A stretch of DNA of 64,000 bases from an uncultured Verrucomicrobiae bacterium (GTDB lineage Bacteria > Verrucomicrobiota > Verrucomicrobiia > Limisphaerales > Palsa-1400), in NCBI GenBank assembly GCA_963707025.1, contig CAVPOM010000005.1, positions 448,001 through 512,000 on the forward strand. The letters run 5' to 3'. Shown here piece by piece: positions 1 to 10,094 of the stretch (positions are counted from its first letter, which is position 1; each line of letters starts with the position of its first letter). The notes under the pieces were generated by a model, which worked only from the letters and a program-made list of their open reading frames with translations, did no database searches and was not told the origin of the DNA. Made by a program: the position numbers and the translations under genes.

Positions 1-30
1 TGTTGCGCAACAAAAACGGGAGCGTGACCC

Positions 31-1668
31 ATGAAGAATCCCCGTCGCATTGTCATTGTGGGAGGCGTGGCCGGAGGCGCTTCCGCCGCCGCCAAAGCGC
101 GCCGGGTTGATGAAAATGCCCAAATCCAGATCTTCGAGCGCGGCCCCTTCATCTCCTTTGCCAACTGCGGCCTGCCCTATTTCATCGCCGGCGAAATTGA
201 CGACCGCGCCAAACTCATCGTCATGACCCCGGAAAAATTCTGGGAGCGCTCCCGTGTGCAGGCCCATGTCAACCACGAAGTTCTTGCCATCAACCGCGCC
301 GCGAAAACCATCTCGGTCAAACAACCCGATGGCCGGCAGCAGGAGGTGCCTTACGACAAGCTCATCCTGAGCCAGGGGGCCAAGCCGGTCGTGCCGCCCG
401 TTCCCGGCGCAAACCTGCCCCACGTCTTCACCCTGCGCGACATCCCGGATATGGACCGGATCGCCGCCCTCCTCAACCAAGGCCAGCCGCGCCACGCCGT
501 CGTCATCGGCGGCGGGTTTATCGGGCTGGAAATGGCCGAGGCCTTTCACCGGCGCGGTCTGCATGTCACCGTGGTGGAGCGCAACCCGCACATTCTGCCG
601 TTGTTGGACCGCGACATGGCGGCCCACCTGCAGCAGCAAATCCGCCGCGACGATTTTGCCTTCAAAACCAGCGCCGAAGCCGCCCGCTTCACCCACGACG
701 GCGTGGAGTTCGCCGACGGCAGCCGCTTGCCGGCGGATTTGATTCTGATGAGCGTGGGTGTCAAAGCGGAAGTGGAACTGGCCAGGGCGGCGGGCCTGGA
801 GATCGGCCAAACCGGCGGCGTGAAAACCAACGGCCGCCTGGAGTCCTCCGACCCGAACATTTACGCCGTGGGCGACGCGGCCGAGACCATGCACGCCCTG
901 ACGGGAGCGCGGGCGCGCATCGCTCTGGCCGGCCCGGCCAACCGGCAGGGACGCATTGCCGGCGCCAACGCGGCCGGCGCGCGCCTGATCTATCCCGGAG
1001 CGTTGGGCACCTCCATTGTCCGGGTTCTGAACATGACCGCCGGGTTCACCGGCCTGAACAGCGCCCAAGCGGCCAAGGCCGGCTTCACTTTCTTCACCAG
1101 CCTCACCCGCGACCACAGTCACGCCCATTATTATCCCGGCGCCAAACCGGTGCTGATCAAAATCGTCGCCGAGGAAGGCACCGGCCGCCTGCTCGGAGCG
1201 CAGGTCCTGGGCGAAGGCGGCGTTGACAAACGGGTGGATGTTTTGGCGACCGCCATTACCGGAAAAATGAGTGTGTTCGACCTGGAAAATCTTGACCTGG
1301 CCTATTCTCCTCCGTTCGGCTCGGCCAACGATCCGGTGAACACGGCGGGATTTGTCGCCGGCCATATCGCGCGCGGCGACCTGGCGACCGTCGCGCCGGA
1401 AACCTGGGAACCCGACGGGCAATACCTCCTGGACGTTCGCGATCCCGAAGAACTGGAGGAATTCGGCAAACTCAACCACGCGGTGAACATCCCTCTGGCC
1501 CAACTGCGGGACCGCCTGGCCGAATTGCCGCGCGACCGCCCCATCGTGACCTATTGCCAGAAAGGCCAGCGCGGCTATCTGGCCGCCTGCGCCCTCCACG
1601 GGCGGGGATTTGAGCAGGTGGCCAATTTGCGCGGCGGCTACCTCCAGTTTAAACTGGTCCGGCCATGA
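31..1668 (+). CDS. FAD-dependent CoA-disulfide/persulfide reductase with C-terminal rhodanese domain
   Basis: GGVAGG FAD motif, single-Cys SFANCGLPY active site, GGGFIG NAD(P)H motif, YSPPF dimer motif, C-terminal rhodanese (LLDVR...YCQKGQRG). Confidence 0.9.
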   Translation: MKNPRRIVIVGGVAGGASAAAKARRVDENAQIQIFERGPFISFANCGLPYFIAGEIDDRAKLIVMTPEKFWERSRVQAHVNHEVLAINRAAKTISVKQPDGRQQEVPYDKLILSQGAKPVVPPVPGANLPHVFTLRDIPDMDRIAALLNQGQPRHAVVIGGGFIGLEMAEAFHRRGLHVTVVERNPHILPLLDRDMAAHLQQQIRRDDFAFKTSAEAARFTHDGVEFADGSRLPADLILMSVGVKAEVELARAAGLEIGQTGGVKTNGRLESSDPNIYAVGDAAETMHALTGARARIALAGPANRQGRIAGANAAGARLIYPGALGTSIVRVLNMTAGFTGLNSAQAAKAGFTFFTSLTRDHSHAHYYPGAKPVLIKIVAEEGTGRLLGAQVLGEGGVDKRVDVLATAITGKMSVFDLENLDLAYSPPFGSANDPVNTAGFVAGHIARGDLATVAPETWEPDGQYLLDVRDPEELEEFGKLNHAVNIPLAQLRDRLAELPRDRPIVTYCQKGQRGYLAACALHGRGFEQVANLRGGYLQFKLVRP

Positions 1669-1824
1669 TGCTGCCGCCCGTGGCAATTCTCTGGAGGAAG
1701 TGCCTTTCCATGAACCACTTGGGAATTGCAGTGAGCCGGGCCATTCCAGCTCAATCAGGCTGATCAAGGCGTTTTTATGTTCTGGCAATTTGTCTTTCGT
1801 CCCGCTTCTGCTAGTTTTCAGGGC

Positions 1825-3024
1825 ATGAGTTTTGTTGGCGAGTTTGACGGCCTGCCGCTGGACGCCTTGCTGGCCGAGGCCCGGCGGGCTTCGGCGGCGG
1901 AAGCGGGCGAAAGTCTGGCCAAATCAATGGTGTCGCTGCGGGATTTCGCCCGCCTGCTGTCCCCGGCGGCGGGCGGCTTTTTGGAGGCGCTGGGCCGGCG
2001 CTCCCAGGCGCTGACCCGGCAGCGCTTCGGCAAGGTCATCCGCTTTTTCGCCCCGCTCTACCTCTCCAACGAATGTGTCAACAATTGCCAGTATTGCGGT
2101 TTCTCCCGCGACAATCCCATTCTGCGCGTCACCTTGAGCGTGCCGGAGGTGCTGGAGGAGGCGCGCGCCCTGCGCCGGCAGGGCTTTCGCAACTTGCTGC
2201 TCGTCGCGGGCGAACATCCCAAATTTATTCCCGGCTCCTATCTGGTGGAATGCGTGCGGGCCTTGCACGCCGAAATGCCCGGCCTTTCCCTGGAACTGGG
2301 CCCGATGGACACCGCCCAATACCGCGCCCTGGTCCAGGCCGGCGCGGATGGCCTGGTCGTTTACCAGGAATCTTATGATCGGGCCATTTACGCCAGCATG
2401 CACACGGCGGGGCCGAAGCGCGATTTCAATTGGCGCCTGGCCACGCCGGAACGGGCTTACGCCGCGGGCTTTCGCCGGCTGGGCATCGGCGCCTTGTTTG
2501 GTTTGGGCGATTGGCGGCGCGAAGCGTTGAGTGTGGCCGCTCATGCCTTGTTTCTGTTGCGCCATTGCTGGAAGGCGCAATTGACCATCTCGCTGCCGCG
2601 CCTGCGCCCCTGCGCGGGCGAATTCCAGCCGCCGACCCGTTTGGAGGACCGCGAGCTGGCGCAGTTGATTTGCGCCTTTCGCCTCTTGTTTCCAGACGCC
2701 GGGCTGGTGCTCTCCACGCGCGAACCGGCCGGGCTGCGCGACGGCCTGATTCCCCTGGGCATTACCATGATCAGCGCGGGGAGCCACACCGAGCCGGGCG
2801 GATACACCGGGGCCGGCCGCGAGAAAACTCATCTGACGCAGCGCGGACGCATGACGGCCCCGGCCACGGGCGCCAGCGAGTGGGCCTGCCTGCCGGGCGC
2901 CACCAACGCCACGGGCCAGTTTGAAATTGCCGACCATCGTTCGCCGGGCGAAGTCGCCGCCCGGGTGCGCCAACTCGGCTACGAGCCGGTCTGGAAAGAC
3001 TGGGACACAGCGTTGACGGCATGA
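1825..3024 (+). CDS. thiH: 2-iminoacetate synthase ThiH (radical SAM)
   Basis: FAPLYLSNECVNNCQYCGF (CxxxCxxC), YQESY, ISLPRLRP, SAGSHTEPGGY, QFEIADHRS, GYEPVWKDWD; thiS downstream. ATG 1825 chosen over 1777 because a -10-like TGcTAGTTT precedes it. Confidence 0.9.
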   Translation: MSFVGEFDGLPLDALLAEARRASAAEAGESLAKSMVSLRDFARLLSPAAGGFLEALGRRSQALTRQRFGKVIRFFAPLYLSNECVNNCQYCGFSRDNPILRVTLSVPEVLEEARALRRQGFRNLLLVAGEHPKFIPGSYLVECVRALHAEMPGLSLELGPMDTAQYRALVQAGADGLVVYQESYDRAIYASMHTAGPKRDFNWRLATPERAYAAGFRRLGIGALFGLGDWRREALSVAAHALFLLRHCWKAQLTISLPRLRPCAGEFQPPTRLEDRELAQLICAFRLLFPDAGLVLSTREPAGLRDGLIPLGITMISAGSHTEPGGYTGAGREKTHLTQRGRMTAPATGASEWACLPGATNATGQFEIADHRSPGEVAARVRQLGYEPVWKDWDTALTA

Positions 3025-3872
3025 CAACTCCCCGCCTCTCCAGACGAAGATTCCTGGCCTGCCTCGGGGCGGGCGGCCTGGGCCTGGCCGGCGACGGGGG
3101 CCTGGTCGAGCCGTTTCGCCTGCGCGTGGGACGCCACGAATGCAAAATCCGCGCGCCCGCGCCGGATCGTCCCTTGAAACTGTTGCATTTGTCCGACCTC
3201 CACGCCTCCTGGGCCGTCAGCCTTGGCTTCATTGAGGAGGCCGTCGAACTGGGGCTGCAATTGAAACCGGACCTGATTTGCATCACCGGCGATTTTATCA
3301 CCCGCCAATATGCCGCCTTTGATGCCTACGCGCGCGTGCTGGCCAGATTGTCGGCGGCGGCTCCCGTTTTCGCCTGCCTGGGCAACCACGACGGAGGCCG
3401 CTGGGCCAGGGTCAACGGCGGCTATGAATCCACCGAGCACGTCCGCCAATTGCTCCAGCAGAGCCGCATCGAATTGTTGCACGATCGTTGCGCCACTCTC
3501 CGGCTCAACGGCCGCGAGGTCATCCTGACCGGCGTGGCCGATGCCTGGTCGGAGGACTTGAATCTGGCCGCGGCTTTTCCGCCGGCCGCGGCGGGCGGCG
3601 ACGCGACCCGCATTTTGCTGTCCCACAATCCAGACACCAAGGAGTTTCTGAAGTTCCATCCCTGGGACTTGCTCTTGTGCGGCCATACCCACGGCGGCCA
3701 GGTGGTCCTGCCGTGGCTGGGCGCGCCCTGGACGCCCGTGCGCGACCAGCGATTTATCGCCGGACTGTATTCCTGGGACCATCGCTGGATTCACATCACC
3801 CGCGGCGTCGGCAATGTGCATGGCCTGCGCTTTAATTGCCCGCCGGAAGTCAGCCTCCTGGCCCTCCTTTGA
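3021..3872 (+). CDS. Calcineurin-like metallophosphoesterase (YkuE/YaeI-like) with Tat-like signal
   Basis: DLH, GD, GNHD, SHNPD, GHTHGGQ motifs; N-terminal SRRRFL; ATGA overlap with thiH. Confidence 0.88.
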   Translation: MTTPRLSRRRFLACLGAGGLGLAGDGGLVEPFRLRVGRHECKIRAPAPDRPLKLLHLSDLHASWAVSLGFIEEAVELGLQLKPDLICITGDFITRQYAAFDAYARVLARLSAAAPVFACLGNHDGGRWARVNGGYESTEHVRQLLQQSRIELLHDRCATLRLNGREVILTGVADAWSEDLNLAAAFPPAAAGGDATRILLSHNPDTKEFLKFHPWDLLLCGHTHGGQVVLPWLGAPWTPVRDQRFIAGLYSWDHRWIHITRGVGNVHGLRFNCPPEVSLLALL

Positions 3873-4082
3873 ATGAAGCCCGGCTTTGTCATCGCCAACG
3901 GACGGAAAACGGCCGCCGCCGTGCCTTGTTCCCTGGAAGACTTTCTTATTGACAACAAGCTGCCCCCCCGCAGCGTCGTGGTGGAACACAACGGGGAAGC
4001 CGTCGCCCCTTCCCAATTCAGCCAGCGCCGCCTGGCCCAGGGCGACCGCCTGGAAATCGTGAAAATCGTGGCCGGAGGCTAG
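3873..4082 (+). CDS. thiS: Sulfur carrier protein ThiS
   Basis: 69 aa, VVVEHNG...GDRLEIVKIVAGG with C-terminal Gly-Gly; near thiH. Confidence 0.9.
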   Translation: MKPGFVIANGRKTAAAVPCSLEDFLIDNKLPPRSVVVEHNGEAVAPSQFSQRRLAQGDRLEIVKIVAGG

Positions 4083-4087
4083 GGAAC

Positions 4088-4786
4088 ATGCCCTCGGAAA
4101 CGCTGAACCCGGACATCGCGGCGCTGGCGGCGGCCCTCCCATCCGAACTGCTTTTCGGCCAGGTTCTGATCCGGCGCGCCGGCTCCGGATTTGAATTGCG
4201 CCACCTGGCCGATCGCCAGAGCGAACCCGGCGGCCTGCGCCTGCTGTCGGACGGCCAGATCCGCTCCCTGGCCCAGTTCAATTCCCGCGGCCAATTTCGT
4301 CCCCTCAAGTCCGCGCCCGATTTGCCCGCCGGCTGGCGGATCAACGCGCCCGATGCGCGGGCTTTGGCAACCGCTCTCAGCCGCCTTTATCCCGGCGCGG
4401 TGGCCGATTGGTTCGCGGCGCAGTCGGTCCCGCCCCCCGTCACCTCCTGGCGCCAATTCACCGCCCGCCAGACCGGCATGTATCGCATCACCACCCGCCT
4501 GGACGACGCGGCCGCCGGGGTGATGGCGCGCGCCTGCTGTCATAAAGATTTTTGTCTGAAACGCCGGCTCTGGACGGTGGGCGGCGGGAAGGGCGGTGAT
4601 CCGGCCGAAAAAAGCGTGATCCCGTGCCTGGAGCCGTGCGCCATCCTGCTGGAATACGCCCGCAAAATCGCCCGCCTGCAACAGCGGCCCACCCCGCCTC
4701 CCGCCAAGGCTCCTCCCCAAACCACCGCCGGCCCCGCCGCCGCCGAAGGCGATTCCAGCGCGCCCAACCATCCGCGGCTCGTGTGA
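4088..4786 (+). CDS. DR2241-like protein with putative 4Fe-4S site
   Basis: GQFRPLKSAPDLPAGW, LYPGA, RQTGMY, CC...CLKRRLW...IPCLEPC pattern recalled for the DR2241 C-terminal region. Confidence 0.7.
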   Translation: MPSETLNPDIAALAAALPSELLFGQVLIRRAGSGFELRHLADRQSEPGGLRLLSDGQIRSLAQFNSRGQFRPLKSAPDLPAGWRINAPDARALATALSRLYPGAVADWFAAQSVPPPVTSWRQFTARQTGMYRITTRLDDAAAGVMARACCHKDFCLKRRLWTVGGGKGGDPAEKSVIPCLEPCAILLEYARKIARLQQRPTPPPAKAPPQTTAGPAAAEGDSSAPNHPRLV

Positions 4787-4881
4787 TTCTGTCTGGAAAG
4801 GCGAACAGCGGCGGCGGAGACAGGATGCCACCAGACCGTCTCATTCTATTTGACAGATGGCGCGACGCCAGCCCGCGGCGG

Positions 4882-6321
4882 CTAACGGGGCAAGTCCACC
4901 GGGGCGTCGGCCACCTGCCAGGCCATGACGGCAAAGGCGGCGGCGCACAGGCCCAGTTGCTGCGGATTGAGTTTGTCCATCGTGTCCGCCGCGCTGTGGT
5001 GATACCAAAAATAATTGGTGCTGTCGCAGTGCAGCGACATGACCGGCACGCCATCCTGGATCAGCTCATTGACATCGGCGTCGCCTCCGCCCTTGGTCAC
5101 ATTGCGCATGCCCAATTGCGCCAGCGCGCCGGTCCATTCCTTGAGATTGGCCAGCGCCTTGTCGCTCCCGGCAAAGGAAAAGCTGCGGGGCTGGAAGGCG
5201 CCGCTGTCCGATTCGATGGCCAGAATGTGTTTGGCCAATTCGGCTTTGTGGCGCTTTTCATAACCTTTGGCTCCCGATCCGCCATTTTCCTCGTCCGTCC
5301 AGAGCACCACGCGCACGGTGCGGCGCGCACGCAAGCCCAGTTGCTTCATCAGGCGGACGGCTTCCCAGGCGGTAATCGCGCCGCCGCCGTCGTCCTCCGC
5401 CCCCTGGCCCACGTCCCAGGAATCAATGTGGCCGCTGACAATGACCACCTCCTCCGGCAGGTCCCGGCCCGTGATTTCGCCGATGACATTGCGCGAGGGC
5501 GCGTCCGGCAAGGTGGCCGCGCTCATTTGCAGATGGACCACGATTTTTTCGCCGCGTTCCTGCATCCGCTGCATCATGTCCGCATCTTCCACCGTGATGG
5601 CGGCGTGCGGAATTTTTGGGACGGTGTTGCTGTACAACATCGCTCCGGTGTGCGGCGTTTTCAGCGAAACGGGCGTGACGGACCGGATCAAGCTGGCCAC
5701 CGCCCCGGCCTTGGCCGCTTCCACCGCGCCATCGCGGCGGATGCGCACCGTTCTGCCGTAGGTCTCAAAAGGCTGGTTGATCAGGACAATTTTCCCGGAC
5801 GCTTCCCTGGCGCGCCGCTGCAACTCGGCGAAATTGGTGACCACCAACACCTCGGCGGTGAGGCCGGCCGGCCGTGGGCCGATGCTGTTGCCGGAAGTCC
5901 TGGGCGTCTGCAAGGCGTGCTTGGGGATGCCGGCCGGCGGTGTGCCGATGCTGTTGCCCAGGCCGAGCATCGGCAGCGCCACCCGGCGCGGCCGCAGCAT
6001 CTCGGCCGATTCCGCCCCGCGCACCCAATGGGGAACCATGACCTCCTCGCCATGCACATTATCCAGGCCGTCCTTCTTCATTTCTTGCAGAATCCAATCC
6101 AGCGCCGCTTCCAAATTGGTGGAGCCGGCCTGGCGCGGCCCGAAGGTGTCGCACAATCTGGCCAGCCGCCGATAGGCGAAATCCGTGTTGGTGGCGGCGA
6201 TGAGCCGGTCGGCGGGAGCACCTCCGGCGGGCAAATCCTGTTGCGCCCTGGGCGCGATGGCGGAGGCGGCCAAAACCGAACCGCAAGCCACCAGCCGCCA
6301 GGGCGTGAGCGTCATTTTCAT
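4882..6321 (-). CDS. M28-family Zn peptidase (carboxypeptidase Q-like), secreted
   Basis: Signal peptide, DTFGPR, PA-like insert, GHIDSWD, GAEDDGGG, WTDEENG, IESDSG, YFWYHHS; start set at MKMTLTP. Confidence 0.88.
   Translation of the reverse strand: MKMTLTPWRLVACGSVLAASAIAPRAQQDLPAGGAPADRLIAATNTDFAYRRLARLCDTFGPRQAGSTNLEAALDWILQEMKKDGLDNVHGEEVMVPHWVRGAESAEMLRPRRVALPMLGLGNSIGTPPAGIPKHALQTPRTSGNSIGPRPAGLTAEVLVVTNFAELQRRAREASGKIVLINQPFETYGRTVRIRRDGAVEAAKAGAVASLIRSVTPVSLKTPHTGAMLYSNTVPKIPHAAITVEDADMMQRMQERGEKIVVHLQMSAATLPDAPSRNVIGEITGRDLPEEVVIVSGHIDSWDVGQGAEDDGGGAITAWEAVRLMKQLGLRARRTVRVVLWTDEENGGSGAKGYEKRHKAELAKHILAIESDSGAFQPRSFSFAGSDKALANLKEWTGALAQLGMRNVTKGGGDADVNELIQDGVPVMSLHCDSTNYFWYHHSAADTMDKLNPQQLGLCAAAFAVMAWQVADAPVDLPR
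5863..5958. repeat. 30-bp direct repeat (28/30) flanking 36 unique nt, in frame inside the M28 gene
   Basis: gccggccggcSgtgKgccgatgctgttgcc at 5863-5892 and 5929-5958. Confidence 0.85.
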
Positions 6322-6530
6322 ATAGATTACGGACGACCGTTGCGGCCTTGGATTATGCGATGCGCGGCCCGGACGGCAAGCGCATACTGGCCGGGGCATT
6401 TCCCACGCAGAATCCAGGCGGAGGAATCCGCAAATTTCGCGAAGAGCCGCCAATTTCAAATCCGTCCTGCGCGCCATTCGCCGATGAAGGCATTTCTTCC
6501 GGGCGCGAAACGAAAAACCTGAAAAAGTTG

Positions 6531-6559
6531 TTGATATCCCGCCTGAGACGTTTTAGGGT
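6531..6559 (+). promoter_or_regulatory. Putative sigma70 promoter of tRNA-Pro
   Basis: TTGATA-N17-TAGGGT about 20 nt upstream of the tRNA. Confidence 0.5.
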
Positions 6560-6578
6560 CTTATTTCACGGTAGTGGC

Positions 6579-6655
6579 CGGGGCGTAGCGTAGCTTGGTA
6601 GCGCGTCTGAATGGGGTTCAGAAGGTCGTGAGTTCAAATCTCACCGCCCCGACCA
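6579..6655 (+). tRNA. tRNA-Pro(GGG)
   Basis: Acceptor stem CGGGGCG/CGCCCCG, D-loop TGGTA, anticodon arm TCTGA-ATGGGGT-TCAGA, T-loop GTTCAAATC, encoded CCA; 77 nt. Confidence 0.96.
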
Positions 6656-6814
6656 TTTTTCTACCCGGCAAAAGCAAGGTGTTCAAGGTCTTGCGTTTCA
6701 ACACTAGGAAAAGGCAACGGAGCGAGTTGTTGGTTCGCTTTTATGATTGCATGATCTAACAACGATCCTATTGTGGACAGGGTTAACCATGTTGGATCAG
6801 AAACTGTTCAGACA

Positions 6815-9637
6815 ATGAACGTTCACAGTCGCAGGAAGGAGAAGCTCGTTTGTTCTTTGGTGTTCCTGACTTCCTTGCTTTTCGTTTTCACAGGGCGTGG
6901 CTCGTCTGCGCCGGTGGAACTGCGTTGCGAGTATCTGGTCAATCCGCAGGGCATTGATGCGACGCAGCCGCAATTATTCTGGCAGTTGGAGCCGGCCAGT
7001 CGCGCCGTTCGCGGCCGCCGGCAAACGGCCTATCAAGTGCTGGTTGCGACTAATGAGACGGATATTCGTCAGGACAAAGGTGATCTATGGGATTCCGGGA
7101 AGGTGATAGCCGACGAGTCGGTGCAGATCACATACTCGGGCAAACCGTTAACCTCGCAGGAGTCTTGCTGGTGGAAGGTGCGCGTCTGGGACGAAAACGA
7201 CCGCGTGTCCGCCTGGAGTCAGCCCGCGCATTGGACGACAGGGTTGCTCCAGCCTGACGATTGGAAAGGCCGGTGGATTGGGTTGGATGAGCCGACAGGC
7301 GGCCAGCCCGGCAACCTTCCGGTTGCGGTTGCCGGTGAAAGCAAAGCCCGCCGGCTGGCTGCGCGCTGGCTGCGAAAAGAGTTCCCCGTGTCCCGCACAG
7401 TGAAACGCGCCACTGTGTATTTTTCCGGTTTGGGACTCTCCGAACTCTACCTGAATGGGCAGAAGGTGGGTGAAGACGTGCTCTCGCCGGGGTTGACGGA
7501 CTATGACAAGCGTGTGCTTTATGTCACGCACGATGTTACTGGATTAGTCCGGGTGGGGCGCAATGCGGTCGGAGTCATCCTTGGCAACGGTCGCTTCTAT
7601 GCGCCCCGCGTCAGAATTCCCACCCGGACCAGAAGCTTCGGCTATCCGAAACTGCTGTTGCAACTAGAAGTGGAATACGCCGACGGCACCCGCGACGTGA
7701 TCGTCAGCGATTCTTCCTGGAAGCTCACCACCGCCGGCCCGATCCAGGCCAACAACGAATACGACGGCGAGGAATACGACGCCGGCCGCGAAATGCCGGG
7801 TTGGGCGAATGCCGGTTTCGATGACTCCGCGTGGTCGTCCGCGCAAATGGTTTCCGCACCGGGCGGCAAACTCGCGGCGCAGATGATCGAGCCGATTCGC
7901 GTGACCGGAACTCTCCAGCCTGTCGCCCTTGCCGAACCCAGTCCGGGCGTGTTCATTTTCGACTTGGGGCAAAACATGGTGGGTTGGTGCCGCCTCAAAG
8001 TGCGCGGTCCCGCGGGCACGAAGGTACTGCTGCGGCACGCCGAAACGCTCAAGCCGGACGGCACGCTGTATCTCGACAACATTCGCGGCGCCAAGGTGAC
8101 CGATAGTTACACACTCAAAGGCAAGGGACTGGAAGTTTACGAGCCGCGTTTCACCTATCACGGATTTCGCTACGTTGAGGTCACTGGATTTCCCGGCCAG
8201 CCGGCTCCTGCCGCGTTGGAAGGCCGCGTCGTGAATGACGACCTGGCGGGCGCGGGCGAATTCTCCTGCTCACAGCCGATGATCAACCACATCTACCGGA
8301 ACATTGTCTGGGGTGTGCGCGGCAATTACCGCAGCATAGTCACGGATTGCCCGCAGCGCGATGAGCGCCAAGGCTGGCTGGGAGATCGCTCGGCGGAGTC
8401 CAAGGGTGAGGCTTGCCTGTTCGACATCGCGGCACTTTATGCCAAATGGACGCAGGACATGGCCGACTCGCAGAGGCAAAGCGGCAGCATCTGCGATGTG
8501 TGTCCGAGTTATTGGCCAATGTACAATGACGACGTGACCTGGCCCAGCAGCGCGGTGATCATTCCCGGCGCGCTGCTCGATCAATATGCCGACGCCAGTG
8601 TCGTTGCGCGAATGTATCCGAGCTTGGTCAAGTGGGTGGATCACATGAGCGGCTTCATCACGAATGGCATCATTGCCAAAGACAACTACGGCGATTGGTG
8701 CGTGCCGCCAAAGGATGCCAGACAAATTCACTCCACAGACCCGGCGCTCAAAACCGCGCCCGAGATTCTTGCGACGACCTATTTCTTCCATTGCCTGAGG
8801 CTGATGACGCACTATGCGACGGTGCTGGCTAAAAACGCCGACGCGCAACGATTCGATCACCTCGCGGAACAACTCAAGACCGCGCTCAACGAGAAGTTCT
8901 ACAACCAGCAGGAAGGTTACTACGGTAACGGCTCGCAAACGGCCTGTGTGTTGCCGCTCGCCTTTGGCATGGTTCCCGACGCCGAGCGCGGTCGGGTGTT
9001 CAACCATCTGGTGGAGAAGATCACGCAGGAAAGCAAAGGCCACATCGGCACCGGTTTGGTCGGCGGGCAATGGCTCAATCGCGTGCTCACCGAGGGTGGA
9101 CGGGTTGACCTTGTCTATGGCTTCGCCACGAATGCGACGTATCCGAGCTGGGGCTACATGGTGGAGAAGGGCGCGACAACGGTGTGGGAACTTTGGAACG
9201 GCGACACGGCTGATCCGGCCATGAACTCCGGCAATCACGTCATGCTCGTGGGCGATTTCGTCATTTGGCTCTACGAAGATCTCGCAGGCATCCAGTCCGA
9301 CCCCACGCAGCCCGGCTTCAAACACATCCTGCTCCGCCCGCAGCCGGTCGGAGACCTCAAGTGGGTAAAGACATCCTTGCGCTCGCTTCATGGAATTATC
9401 CGGAGTGACTGGAAGATGGAAGGTGAAACCTTTCAATGGAAAGTAACCGTGCCGCCCAATACCACGGCGACCGTGTATGTTCCCACCAGTGACCCAGCCT
9501 TGGTCAAGGAAGGCGGGCGGCAGGCTGCGACAGCGGCAGGCGTCAAATTCTTACGCCGAAATGAAGCTATGGCGGTGTATGAAGTTGAATCCGGCAGCTA
9601 TGACTTTCGCTCACCTGTAAAATCTCTTGAACGGTAA
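6815..9637 (+). CDS. GH78 alpha-L-rhamnosidase, secreted
   Basis: LRCEYLVNPQGID N-terminal domain, FDLGQNMVG, TYHGFRY, TDCPQRDERQGWLGD, GATTVWELWN, SGNHVM; signal peptide. Confidence 0.9.
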   Translation: MNVHSRRKEKLVCSLVFLTSLLFVFTGRGSSAPVELRCEYLVNPQGIDATQPQLFWQLEPASRAVRGRRQTAYQVLVATNETDIRQDKGDLWDSGKVIADESVQITYSGKPLTSQESCWWKVRVWDENDRVSAWSQPAHWTTGLLQPDDWKGRWIGLDEPTGGQPGNLPVAVAGESKARRLAARWLRKEFPVSRTVKRATVYFSGLGLSELYLNGQKVGEDVLSPGLTDYDKRVLYVTHDVTGLVRVGRNAVGVILGNGRFYAPRVRIPTRTRSFGYPKLLLQLEVEYADGTRDVIVSDSSWKLTTAGPIQANNEYDGEEYDAGREMPGWANAGFDDSAWSSAQMVSAPGGKLAAQMIEPIRVTGTLQPVALAEPSPGVFIFDLGQNMVGWCRLKVRGPAGTKVLLRHAETLKPDGTLYLDNIRGAKVTDSYTLKGKGLEVYEPRFTYHGFRYVEVTGFPGQPAPAALEGRVVNDDLAGAGEFSCSQPMINHIYRNIVWGVRGNYRSIVTDCPQRDERQGWLGDRSAESKGEACLFDIAALYAKWTQDMADSQRQSGSICDVCPSYWPMYNDDVTWPSSAVIIPGALLDQYADASVVARMYPSLVKWVDHMSGFITNGIIAKDNYGDWCVPPKDARQIHSTDPALKTAPEILATTYFFHCLRLMTHYATVLAKNADAQRFDHLAEQLKTALNEKFYNQQEGYYGNGSQTACVLPLAFGMVPDAERGRVFNHLVEKITQESKGHIGTGLVGGQWLNRVLTEGGRVDLVYGFATNATYPSWGYMVEKGATTVWELWNGDTADPAMNSGNHVMLVGDFVIWLYEDLAGIQSDPTQPGFKHILLRPQPVGDLKWVKTSLRSLHGIIRSDWKMEGETFQWKVTVPPNTTATVYVPTSDPALVKEGGRQAATAAGVKFLRRNEAMAVYEVESGSYDFRSPVKSLER

Positions 9638-10094
9638 ATCCTGGCATCGCCGGAGAATTTCCCATGCAAAACGACGGAACGAAGAGAATAAAACCAGTTC
9701 GGCCCATTCAGGCAGCCGGTTGCCAAAGACCTGCGCAGCTTCAACGGCGTGGTCCTGTGCCCGGCGCCCACAGGCATCGCCTCTTCACCCGACTATTACC
9801 CTCTTGCCACCCCTGTCCTCGACAGCGGCCTCAGTCCGGCATGACCCGCCCTGGACTGAAGCCAGGGCAGAGGGAATCGTTGGACGAAAAGGAAACAGGG
9901 ACTCGCTTGACCCGGTAAAGGGAGCGCCGGAAAACCGTGGACGGCGCGTCGCGTGGCCGTTCCTTGTTCTGTTCAGATTACGACACCGCCTGGAGCTTGA
10001 AAGCCGCGCCCGGCGCATTTAGGATGACAACTTAGCCGGAGCAATCGCGGGCAAGAGTTTCTGCGCGCGAGTTCAGCATTGGCAGGATCAGATT

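Noticed and set aside
1669..1824. TPP riboswitch upstream of thiH
   Set aside because: Conserved CTGAGA and downstream aptamer motifs not found
5863..5958. 30-bp repeat / 36-nt spacer / repeat resembling a minimal CRISPR array
   Set aside because: Only two copies, in frame inside a peptidase, no leader or cas genes
9640..10090. Short ORFs or a structured RNA between the two rhamnosidases
   Set aside because: No recognisable protein motif or RNA family by eye
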